Shown: piece after piece, positions 8,900-15,698 of the stretch
Layout: each line of letters starts with the position of its first letter
Numbering within the stretch: the first letter of the stretch is position 1
Assembly: GCF_000392435.1 (NCBI RefSeq)
Contig: NC_021219.1
Span: 630,001 to 662,000 of the forward strand
Direction: 5' to 3'
DNA length: 32,000 nt
Source of the DNA: Candidatus Saccharimonas aalborgensis
GTDB taxonomy: Bacteria > Patescibacteriota > Saccharimonadia > Saccharimonadales > Saccharimonadaceae
Notes under the pieces: generated by a model
Databases searched by the model: none
The model's input: the letters and a program-made list of their open reading frames with translations, nothing else
What the model was told of the DNA's origin: nothing
Translations under genes and position numbers: made by a program

Positions 8900-9097
8900 G
8901 TGAAACGATTTAAGAAAGATGCACCGGTGTACTTTGACTATCGAGATGTCAAAACACTGATGCGCTATATCAATGTCTATGGTCAGATTGAACCAATCAG
9001 CAAGACTGGTCTTAGCGCAAAGCAGCAACGTCAGTTGGCGGTTGCTATCAAACGAGCGCGCCATCTTGCATTGATGCCATTTGTTGCACAAGGATAA
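8900..9097 (+). CDS. rpsR: 30S ribosomal protein S18
   Basis: GTG start after an [24 protein letters not shown]...[23 protein letters not shown] is S18-like. Confidence 0.9.
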   Translation: MKRFKKDAPVYFDYRDVKTLMRYINVYGQIEPISKTGLSAKQQRQLAVAIKRARHLALMPFVAQG

Positions 9098-9103
9098 CGA
9101 CTC

Positions 9104-9271
9104 ATGAAACCTGAGCGTCAAACGGTACCAACCTTTACGCTCGACGAGATTGCCGAGCGGCTTCAAGATGCGCTTGGTGTAGCAGCGGCCGTTACGGCTA
9201 TCGATGCACTTCAGCGCTACGCGCTCGGGAGGGATGAACGTCCCATAACAGTTGATGATGAGGACAACTAA
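9104..9271 (+). CDS. candidate small protein (55 aa), not on the ORF track
   Basis: ATG at 9104. Its TAA (9269-9271) overlaps the next gene's ATG as TAATG. It fills the rpsR-lysA gap exactly. Translation: MKPERQTVPTFTLDEIAERLQDALGVAAAVTAIDALQRYALGRDERPITVDDEDN. Confidence 0.3.
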   Translation: MKPERQTVPTFTLDEIAERLQDALGVAAAVTAIDALQRYALGRDERPITVDDEDN

Positions 9272-10548
9272 TGGAGTATACACTGCCGGTTCTTGACGAT
9301 CAGTTAAAAGTGATCATTGCTGAATACCCGACACCCTTTCATCTCTACGATGAGCGAGGGATTCGTGATCGTGCGCGACTGTTGCAACGAACGATGAATG
9401 AGGCGGGGGTACCGAGGTTCCAAAATTATTTTGCGGTCAAGGCACTGCCAAATCCTGAGATCCTTAAGCTACTCGTTCAGGAGGGAATGGGAGCGGATTG
9501 CAGCAGTCTCGCGGAACTGGCGATCGCCGAAATGTGCGGGCTGTCGGGTGAACAAATCATGTTTTCAAGCAATGATACAGCGCTCGATGAATTTCGGTAT
9601 GCCTCGAGCCTTGGAGCGATTATAAATTTTGACGATCTATCGATGGTGCAGCCCTACATTAATTCATTTGGTGCGCCAGAGGTCGGTTGTTGTCGCTTCA
9701 ATCCCGGTGATATCGAATTTGGGGGTGTGAACGTCGATATTATTGGCAATCCGCGAGAAGCAAAGTATGGTATGCCACTTGATGATATGATTGCTGCGTA
9801 CAAGCAGCTCAAAGAAGCGGGAGTGACTCGATTTGGTATTCACACCATGCTACTGAGTAATGAGCTCGATTGGCGTAATCATGAAGAAATTGCCGACGCA
9901 CTCTTTGGAGCGGCAACCGCTATAGCACACGAAGTTGGTATCAATTTTGAGTTTATCAACCTTGGCGGCGGAATTGGCGTACCGTACCGACCTACCGAGC
10001 ATGAGTTTGATCTCCGCGGGTTTGCTATTGCCCTCAAAAAACTCTATGATGCACATGATCTGGAGCGCATTGGTAGTCCGCGTATTGTTATGGAGAATGG
10101 TCGTTACATTACGGCCGATAGCGGTTATCTCGTTACGACAGTTGCCAATATCAAACGGACACATAAAGTATATGTCGGGCTGGACGCAAGTATGAGTGAT
10201 CTCATGCGGCCCGCACTCTATGGAGCCTACCATCATATGAGCGTGCTCGGTAAACAGCATGACACCGATCTTGAGGAAGTTGATGTGACGGGAAGCTTAT
10301 GTGAAAACAACGATAAGTTTGCGATTGATCGGATGTTACCTCATCTCGAAGTCGGGGATGTGCTTGTCATCCACACCACAGGCGCACACGGGCATGCTAT
10401 GGGATTTCAGTACAATGGCAAACTGCGTCACGCAGAGTTATTGTTTGATCCTGGGGGAGGCGTGCGAATGATACGTCGAGCAGAAACGCTCGAAGATTAT
10501 TTTGCAACACTTACTCAGAAAGGAAATTATCATGTACCAACCAACTGA
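9271..10548 (+). CDS. lysA: PLP-dependent group IV decarboxylase, diaminopimelate decarboxylase-like
   Basis: FAVKALPN (PLP lysine), GGGIGVPY, ENGRYITADSG, GSLCENNDKF and GAHGHAMGFQYNG match the Orn/DAP/Arg decarboxylase pattern. Confidence 0.75.
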   Translation: MEYTLPVLDDQLKVIIAEYPTPFHLYDERGIRDRARLLQRTMNEAGVPRFQNYFAVKALPNPEILKLLVQEGMGADCSSLAELAIAEMCGLSGEQIMFSSNDTALDEFRYASSLGAIINFDDLSMVQPYINSFGAPEVGCCRFNPGDIEFGGVNVDIIGNPREAKYGMPLDDMIAAYKQLKEAGVTRFGIHTMLLSNELDWRNHEEIADALFGAATAIAHEVGINFEFINLGGGIGVPYRPTEHEFDLRGFAIALKKLYDAHDLERIGSPRIVMENGRYITADSGYLVTTVANIKRTHKVYVGLDASMSDLMRPALYGAYHHMSVLGKQHDTDLEEVDVTGSLCENNDKFAIDRMLPHLEVGDVLVIHTTGAHGHAMGFQYNGKLRHAELLFDPGGGVRMIRRAETLEDYFATLTQKGNYHVPTN

Positions 10549-11092
10549 TCTCAAAAAAGGCACCGTCTGCCAGATTGATGGCAAGCCATATCGAGTCGTC
10601 GAGTATGCGCAAAAAGTCATGGGCCGCGGCGGCAGTATCGTCAATGTCAAGCTGAAGAACTTGATTGATGGCAGTGTCATCCCAAAAACCTTCAAGGGTC
10701 AAGATAAAATCGAGACAGCCGAAGTGCACAACAAAGCTGTCCAGTATCTCTATAATGACGGCGAAACCTTCTTCTTTATGGATCCGGAGAGCTTCGAGCA
10801 ATTCGAGTTATCGAGTGACGTTGTCGATGAAGCGAAGAGTTATCTCAAAGAAGGTGATGAACTCAGTCTCCAGTTTTTTGGTGATCGCGTGATCACTGTT
10901 GAGTTGCCAAAAAACCTCTATCTCGAAGTGACGTATACAGAAGACGTGGTGAAGGGCGACACTACCTCGAGTGTTCTCAAGGATGCAACGGTGGAAACGG
11001 GGCTTGTCGTCAAAGTGCCGTCATTTATCAAAGTAGGCGATATTATTTCGGTAGATACAGCAACTGGCGAGTATCGTGAACGCAAGAAGTAG
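10532..11092 (+). CDS. efp: translation elongation factor P
   Basis: ATG at 10532 overlaps the lysA 3' end by 17 nt. The sequence MYQPTDLKKGTVCQIDGKPYRVVEY...VKLKNL is EF-P-like. The loop residue is Arg32, not Lys. Confidence 0.9.
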   Translation: MYQPTDLKKGTVCQIDGKPYRVVEYAQKVMGRGGSIVNVKLKNLIDGSVIPKTFKGQDKIETAEVHNKAVQYLYNDGETFFFMDPESFEQFELSSDVVDEAKSYLKEGDELSLQFFGDRVITVELPKNLYLEVTYTEDVVKGDTTSSVLKDATVETGLVVKVPSFIKVGDIISVDTATGEYRERKK

Positions 11093-11095
11093 GAT

Positions 11096-11824
11096 GTGAA
11101 GCAGCGCCTTGATCAATTAATGACAGTCCGTGGACTTGTACCAACGCGCTCTCAAGCAGAGAGCTGGATTCGTCTCGGGCGGGTAAAGGTGAACGGTGCC
11201 GTCGTTACGAAGCCGGGGTCATTTGTTGATGAGGCTGCTTTTGTCTCGCTGGATGCTCCCGAACAGTATGTCAGTCGTGCTGGGTTGAAACTAGCCAGTG
11301 TGGCAAATGCGCTTGGCATTCGGTTTGCCGACAAAGTAGTGCTCGATGTGGGGAGTAGCACCGGTGGATTTACGGATTACGCGCTGCAACACGGAGCGCG
11401 GAAAGTCTATGCGGTCGATGTCGGCACCGATCAGTTGCACCCAAGTTTGCGGGGCAATCCACACATCGAACTACACGAAAAAACTGATATACGGAATTTT
11501 CAGCCCAAAGAGTGTCCTGATATCGTCGTCATGGATGTATCATTTATCAGTGTGCGAGAACTGTTGCCCTACATTGTGACGATTATCGGTGCACATACCC
11601 AGGTAGTAGTTATGGTGAAACCGCAGTTTGAGGCAGCACGAACCCAAATCGGCAGTAGTGGTGTGATCAAAAATGATAAGGTGCGACGGGAGATTTTGCT
11701 CGGCTTTGAGTCATGGATACGGTCATATTTTGTCGTACGAAAAAAGTCCGATAGTGAGGTGAGGGGGAGTCGTGGTAATAGGGAACGATTTTATTTACTA
11801 GCGCGCACAAAAACTTTACAATAA
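11096..11824 (+). CDS. tlyA: TlyA-family rRNA 2'-O-methyltransferase (S4 domain + FtsJ-like methyltransferase)
   Basis: GTG start. N-terminal S4-like RLDQLMTVRGLVPTRSQAESWI. SAM motif VLDVGSSTGGFTDYAL. Confidence 0.85.
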   Translation: MKQRLDQLMTVRGLVPTRSQAESWIRLGRVKVNGAVVTKPGSFVDEAAFVSLDAPEQYVSRAGLKLASVANALGIRFADKVVLDVGSSTGGFTDYALQHGARKVYAVDVGTDQLHPSLRGNPHIELHEKTDIRNFQPKECPDIVVMDVSFISVRELLPYIVTIIGAHTQVVVMVKPQFEAARTQIGSSGVIKNDKVRREILLGFESWIRSYFVVRKKSDSEVRGSRGNRERFYLLARTKTLQ

Positions 11825-11843
11825 TACTAGATTATGATATTAT
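11815..11843 (+). promoter_or_regulatory. promoter upstream of the first high-GC island gene
   Basis: TTTACA (11815-11820, overlapping the tlyA stop), 17-nt spacer ending in TGA, then TATTAT (11838-11843). Confidence 0.4.
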
Positions 11844-11897
11844 TCGTAAGACAATACTCTCGAGGTGGAAATCGATGAGTAGCGTTGTAGTACCACC

Positions 11898-11951
11898 GAT
11901 CGGGTTGTAGCAATCAAATGCTCCCCGCCGGGGCGCATTAACAATCCGATC
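11898..11951 (+). other. long imperfect stem-loop in the 5' leader, at the left edge of the island
   Basis: GATCGGGTTGT pairs with ACAATCCGATC (11 bp). AATGC pairs with GCATT (5 bp). CCCC pairs with GGGG around a 3-nt loop. There is an 8-nt bulge. Confidence 0.3.
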
Positions 11952-11987
11952 ATCTCATAAAGAACAACAGAAGGAAGTGATGATTAG

Positions 11988-13544
11988 GTGACTCTCGCCA
12001 CATCATGGCGGCGTCGGCTCGGTGCCCTTGTGGCATCTGTGCCGCTTGTCGCCGCGCTCGGTATGTCCTTCGGGGCTGCCGAGGCGCAGGCACACACCGG
12101 TGATCTCACCGGTGTGGCGGTCTGCCAGGCGGACGGGAGCTACAAGGCTCCCGTCAAACTGACGACCGCCAACGTTCCCGCTGGCAACAGCGGGTCGACC
12201 ATGTGGAAGCTGGGTACCCCCAGCTTCCAGGGCACGCCGACCAGCGCCGCTGGTATGGACCGCGGTCCCGTGGCGTCCGTGGGCAACACCACGGTCACCT
12301 TGGGGACGCTGACGTTCCCAGGCACCACCACGGGTTCACCGTGGGTGTATGCCTACACGAGCTGGACTCCGGACGGCTTCGCGCGCGGTTCGGATAACCA
12401 GATCACCGGCATGGACGGAACCTGCATCCCCGACAACCCCGGTCCCCGCACCGTCATCGGTACGGTCCAGAAGGGGACGGCCAGCTGCACGACCCACGAG
12501 GTCGAGCAGTTCCGGGTGGACACGGTCATCCCGCAGGTCTGGAGTGCCACCGCCAAGGCCTACATCGACGACCCCGACAAGAGCCACTGGACCACGGTCC
12601 GGGTCGACTTGCCGTCGCGTCCGATGACGGCCGACGAGGTCAAGGCCTGTCCGGTTCCCGACGTCAAGCAATGCGTCACCACCGTCGGTTTCCCGACCGA
12701 CGCGGTGGTGTACGCCGACGTTCACACCGCGGCTGACAGCCCGGTGGACAACGTCATCACGTCGGGCCCGTTCACCGTCAACACGCAGATCTCGGTCAGC
12801 GTGCCGACCACGAACTACAAGTTCACCGTCATCCGGATCGTCGCCAAGGACGGCACGGTGCTCAAGACCCAGCAGGTCACCAGCACCACCGCCTGCAACA
12901 CGGTGATCCCCGACAACCCCGGTCCCCGCACCGTCATCGGTACGGTCCAGAAGGGGACGGCCAGCTGCACGACCCACGAGGTCGAGCAGTTCCGGGTGGA
13001 CACGGTCATCCCGCAGGTCTGGAGTGCCACCGCCAAGGCCTACATCGACGACCCCGACAAGAGCCACTGGACCACGGTCCGGGTCGACTTGCCGTCGCGT
13101 CCGATGACGGCCGACGAGGTCAAGGCGTGTCCGGTGGACGTTCCCCCGAACCCGGGTCCCAAGACGGTCGTCGGGAACTGGCAGAAGATCGAGGGCTCCG
13201 GTGACTGCGTCACCACCTACTCGGTCTGGGAGCAGCAGGGCACCTGGTCGGTTCCGCAGATCTGGTCGAACGGCGCGTACGTCAACGACCCGAACACCGC
13301 CCACTGGACCTTGGTGAAGGTCGACAAGCGTTCGCGCCCGATGACGGTTGCGGAGCTCAAGGCCTGTCCCACCAGCTCCGACAGCGACCGTGGCATCGAC
13401 GCCACGCCGGGCCTCGAGGGAGCTGCCCACAACTGGGTGGCGATCCTGACTCCATCTGGCATCGTTCTCCTGGTCGGTCTGCTGGCCATCTGGACGACGC
13501 TGGTGCTCCGGCGTCGGCGCCAACCCATGGAGGAGGAGATCTAG
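11988..13544 (+). CDS. high-GC secreted protein with three Cys-bracketed modules and a C-terminal membrane anchor
   Basis: GTG start 7 nt after GAAGGAAG. Signal peptide ends in AAEAQA. G/C-ending codons. Two identical 77-aa modules and one diverged module. C-terminus reads WVAILTPSGIVLLVGLLAIWTTLVL + RRRRQ. Confidence 0.75.
   Translation: MTLATSWRRRLGALVASVPLVAALGMSFGAAEAQAHTGDLTGVAVCQADGSYKAPVKLTTANVPAGNSGSTMWKLGTPSFQGTPTSAAGMDRGPVASVGNTTVTLGTLTFPGTTTGSPWVYAYTSWTPDGFARGSDNQITGMDGTCIPDNPGPRTVIGTVQKGTASCTTHEVEQFRVDTVIPQVWSATAKAYIDDPDKSHWTTVRVDLPSRPMTADEVKACPVPDVKQCVTTVGFPTDAVVYADVHTAADSPVDNVITSGPFTVNTQISVSVPTTNYKFTVIRIVAKDGTVLKTQQVTSTTACNTVIPDNPGPRTVIGTVQKGTASCTTHEVEQFRVDTVIPQVWSATAKAYIDDPDKSHWTTVRVDLPSRPMTADEVKACPVDVPPNPGPKTVVGNWQKIEGSGDCVTTYSVWEQQGTWSVPQIWSNGAYVNDPNTAHWTLVKVDKRSRPMTVAELKACPTSSDSDRGIDATPGLEGAAHNWVAILTPSGIVLLVGLLAIWTTLVLRRRRQPMEEEI
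12426..12646 (+). repeat. intragenic direct repeat, copy 1
   Basis: 221 nt identical base-for-base to 12906-13126, at an offset of exactly 480 nt. This was checked line by line. Confidence 0.95.
12906..13126 (+). repeat. intragenic direct repeat, copy 2
   Basis: Identical to 12426-12646. The next 9-10 nt differ only at two synonymous positions (12647/13127 and 12656/13136). Confidence 0.95.
13137..13370 (+). repeat. diverged third copy of the same protein module
   Basis: Shares the skeleton PxNPGPxTVxG..QK..C..PQxWS..DPxxxHWTxVxVDxxSRPMTxxExKACP with copies 1 and 2. The similarity is at protein level only. Confidence 0.6.
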
Positions 13545-13577
13545 CCTTCTCCACACCGTGAGATGAACGGTATACCC

Positions 13578-13633
13578 AGGGGGTCTCTCTGGAGTGATGC
13601 ACGTTGTTCGTGTGTCCTCCAGGGAGGCCCCCT
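13578..13633 (+). terminator. long GC-rich stem-loop downstream of island gene 1
   Basis: 17-bp stem (15 Watson-Crick + 2 G-U): AGGGGGTCTCTCTGGAG pairs with CTCCAGGGAGGCCCCCT. The 22-nt loop can form a further 7-bp helix. There is no clear U tract. Confidence 0.4.
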
Positions 13634-13651
13634 TCTCACTATCTGAAATTA

Positions 13652-13680
13652 TTTACATTCATAGAATAATATGGTATTAT
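13652..13680 (+). promoter_or_regulatory. promoter of the sortase-like gene, inside an AT-rich patch
   Basis: TTTACA (13652-13657), 17-nt spacer ending in TGG, then TATTAT (13675-13680). These are the same hexamers as at 11815-11843. Confidence 0.45.
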
Positions 13681-13729
13681 ATATTTCAAGTTCTATTCAT
13701 AGGGCTGGTCTATTGGCACTGCCGGTACG

Positions 13730-14476
13730 ATGACAACTCGACGTATGAAAGGAGGTGTGGATTCGTCCATGCCACGCTACACAAAGCGCTACTGGGTATT
13801 GGCAATAATACTGTCGCTTCTGGTTTCGCTAGGAGTGGGGGTTTACTCCTACCTCCGGCAATCTGACGACGTGCCGCCACCGGTACGCGTCTCAGTACCC
13901 ACCGCCTCGGTCAAGACGACACTTCGGTCAGAAGCTACGCTGCCTGTTGTCGCCCGATCAGTGCCGAAGCGGGTGATGATTCCGGCAATCGGCGTCGATG
14001 TCGAGATCGACGAAGCTGTGCCGTGCCCGCTCAATGACGCCGGTATGGTCGAACCGGATTTTCGGTTCCCGATGAAGGCCTGCTACTACACGGCCCTCAA
14101 CAAGCCGTACCAGCTACCCGGTACCACTACTACCGACTTGTCGGTCATCGTGGGTCACACCTGGCGCAAGGGAGACGCTGCCTTCAACCCCATGTATGAC
14201 TGGCAGGCTGCAAACCCGCATGTCATGGTCGAGCTTGGTGATGAGCTGCTGCTCAAAACCCAGGCATCGGGTGAGCATGTCTTGGTCTACCAGGCGGTGC
14301 AGATCGACGAGGTCGACAAGTACGGTCCGGACCATCTGGGCCAGTCGACCAAGGTATGGGGGACGAAGCCAATTCCGAATTGGCTGGTGACGCTTGCTTG
14401 CTTGCAGCCGTCAAACAGCCTCGAACACTCCACCAAGGTCATTGCCATCGGCTGGAAGCTTGTCGGTGCGCGCTAG
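13730..14476 (+). CDS. sortase-family protein (resembles actinobacterial class F), N-terminal TM anchor
   Basis: RVMIPAIGVDVEIDEAV, VIVGHTW (candidate catalytic His) and LVTLAC (candidate catalytic Cys in a TLxTC-like motif). High GC. The start is uncertain: the ATG at 13769 lies 13 nt after GGAGG. Confidence 0.7.
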   Translation: MTTRRMKGGVDSSMPRYTKRYWVLAIILSLLVSLGVGVYSYLRQSDDVPPPVRVSVPTASVKTTLRSEATLPVVARSVPKRVMIPAIGVDVEIDEAVPCPLNDAGMVEPDFRFPMKACYYTALNKPYQLPGTTTTDLSVIVGHTWRKGDAAFNPMYDWQAANPHVMVELGDELLLKTQASGEHVLVYQAVQIDEVDKYGPDHLGQSTKVWGTKPIPNWLVTLACLQPSNSLEHSTKVIAIGWKLVGAR

Positions 14477-14499
14477 CCGTCCATCACTACGTCGAGGAT

Positions 14500-14543
14500 C
14501 CCCCTGAAACTGACGCATACCAGCGGCAGGAGTAGGGGGTTTT
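14500..14543 (+). terminator. weak candidate terminator at the right edge of the island
   Basis: CCCCCT pairs with AGGGGG (6 bp) around a 28-nt loop, followed by TTTTCTC. The long loop makes this doubtful. Confidence 0.25.
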
Positions 14544-14551
14544 CTCATATC

Positions 14552-15634
14552 TCATTTAGTGACATTAAACCGAAATTCAACAATATCGTTTGGTTGCATG
14601 ACGTAGTCGCGGCCCTCAGTACGAACTTTTCCGGCTGCTTTGGCAGCTACTTCGCTGCCTGCCGCGATGAGATCATAATAATCAACTACTTGTGCTGCGA
14701 TGAAGCCGCGCTCAAAGTCGCTATGGATCACACCCGCTGCCTGCGGCGCTGTCCAGCCTTGATGGATAGTCCAGGCCCGTACTTCTTTTTGGCCTGCGGT
14801 CAGATAACTCTGAAGTCCGAGTACATCGTAGGCAGCATGAATCATCTGCACGAGTCCCATCTCAGGTACATCATAACTCGCGAGGAGTTCAGCCGCATCG
14901 CTGGGACTGAGGCCTTTGAGTTCGTCCTCCAGTTTTGCACAAATAAGCAGCGCAGGGCTATCTCCGGCCAGATGGCGAAGACCATTTTTCGCATCGTCAT
15001 TAACGAGCATTTCCTCATTAACATTAAATACATAGATAACGGGTTTTGCGGTGAGGAGATGAAGGTCGTTAATGTATTCATGAATAATGTTTTTACTCAC
15101 TGAGAGCGGGATACCAGCCTCAAAATTACGCTTGATACCTTCGAGATAGTCCAAGGCGTCACGCACCTTTGGGTCAGCCTTTGCTTCTTTCTGAAGACGA
15201 CCTATACGCGTCTCGATGGTTTGCAGATCTGCGAGAATAAGCTCGGTGTTGATTGTTTCAATATCACGGCTTGGGTGCACTCCATTGTCGACATGGATGA
15301 TGTCGTTGTTTTCAAATGCCCTGACAATATGGATAATGGCATCACACTGGCGGATATTCGCCAAAAATTTATTGCCCAACCCTTCGCCCCTACTGGCTCC
15401 GGCAACCAGCCCGGCGATATCAACAAAGGTAACGCTCGCCGGAATAATCTTTTCTGAATTATACATTTTTGCCAATACGTCTAGGCGATCGTCTGGCACA
15501 GGTACTGCGCCTGTATTTGGCTCGATAGTGGCAAACGGATAATTGGCGGCCAAAATGTCGTTGTTGGTAAGTGCGTTGAAAAGTGTCGACTTGCCGACAT
15601 TGGGAAGGCCGACGATTCCGATAGATAAAGACAT
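14552..15634 (-). CDS. ychF: ribosome-binding ATPase YchF (Obg-family GTPase)
   Basis: GIVGLPNVGKSTLFNALT P-loop, DIAGLV, and a C-terminal TGS-like region. Confidence 0.9.
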   Translation of the reverse strand: MSLSIGIVGLPNVGKSTLFNALTNNDILAANYPFATIEPNTGAVPVPDDRLDVLAKMYNSEKIIPASVTFVDIAGLVAGASRGEGLGNKFLANIRQCDAIIHIVRAFENNDIIHVDNGVHPSRDIETINTELILADLQTIETRIGRLQKEAKADPKVRDALDYLEGIKRNFEAGIPLSVSKNIIHEYINDLHLLTAKPVIYVFNVNEEMLVNDDAKNGLRHLAGDSPALLICAKLEDELKGLSPSDAAELLASYDVPEMGLVQMIHAAYDVLGLQSYLTAGQKEVRAWTIHQGWTAPQAAGVIHSDFERGFIAAQVVDYYDLIAAGSEVAAKAAGKVRTEGRDYVMQPNDIVEFRFNVTK

Positions 15635-15640
15635 AAACCG

Positions 15641-15670
15641 ACTATATCACTAACAGGGGTGGTTTGTCGA
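15641..15670 (-). promoter_or_regulatory. ychF promoter, apparently leaderless
   Basis: The minus strand reads TCGACA, 18-nt spacer ending in TGA, TATAGT, then CGGTTT and ATG. Only 6 nt separate the -10 from the start codon. Confidence 0.4.
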
Positions 15671-15692
15671 TATCACCAGCTGCATGTAGTAT
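15664..15692 (+). promoter_or_regulatory. promoter of the 2H phosphoesterase gene, apparently leaderless
   Basis: TTGTCG (15664-15669), 17 nt, TAGTAT (15687-15692), then 6 nt to the ATG at 15699. No Shine-Dalgarno sequence. Confidence 0.35.
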
Positions 15693-15698
15693 GAGAAC

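Noticed and set aside
8867-9283. 138-aa minus-strand ORF
   Set aside because: It overlaps the whole of rpsR, which is securely identified. It has no recognisable features, so it is most likely a chance antisense frame.
12336-13556. 406-aa ORF on the minus strand, the second longest in the island
   Set aside because: It lies fully antisense to the repeat-containing gene. Its Arg/Gly/Asp/Val-rich composition is typical of stop-free antisense frames in high-GC DNA. It has no RBS or signal features. The sense frame has a signal peptide, modules and an anchor.
13594-13866. 90-aa plus-strand ORF spanning the island intergenic region
   Set aside because: It runs through the stem-loop, the AT-rich promoter patch and, out of frame, into the sortase-like gene. 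The sortase frame explains the coding signal.
11988-14546. The high-GC segment as simple contamination or a chimeric contig join
   Set aside because: Not fully excluded. It is unlikely, however, because low-GC core genes continue on both sides. Each GC-rich gene also has a resident-style AT-rich promoter and RBS. Read mapping is needed to settle it.
14594-15103. 169-aa plus-strand ORF
   Set aside because: It is antisense to ychF. Cys-rich nonsense composition.
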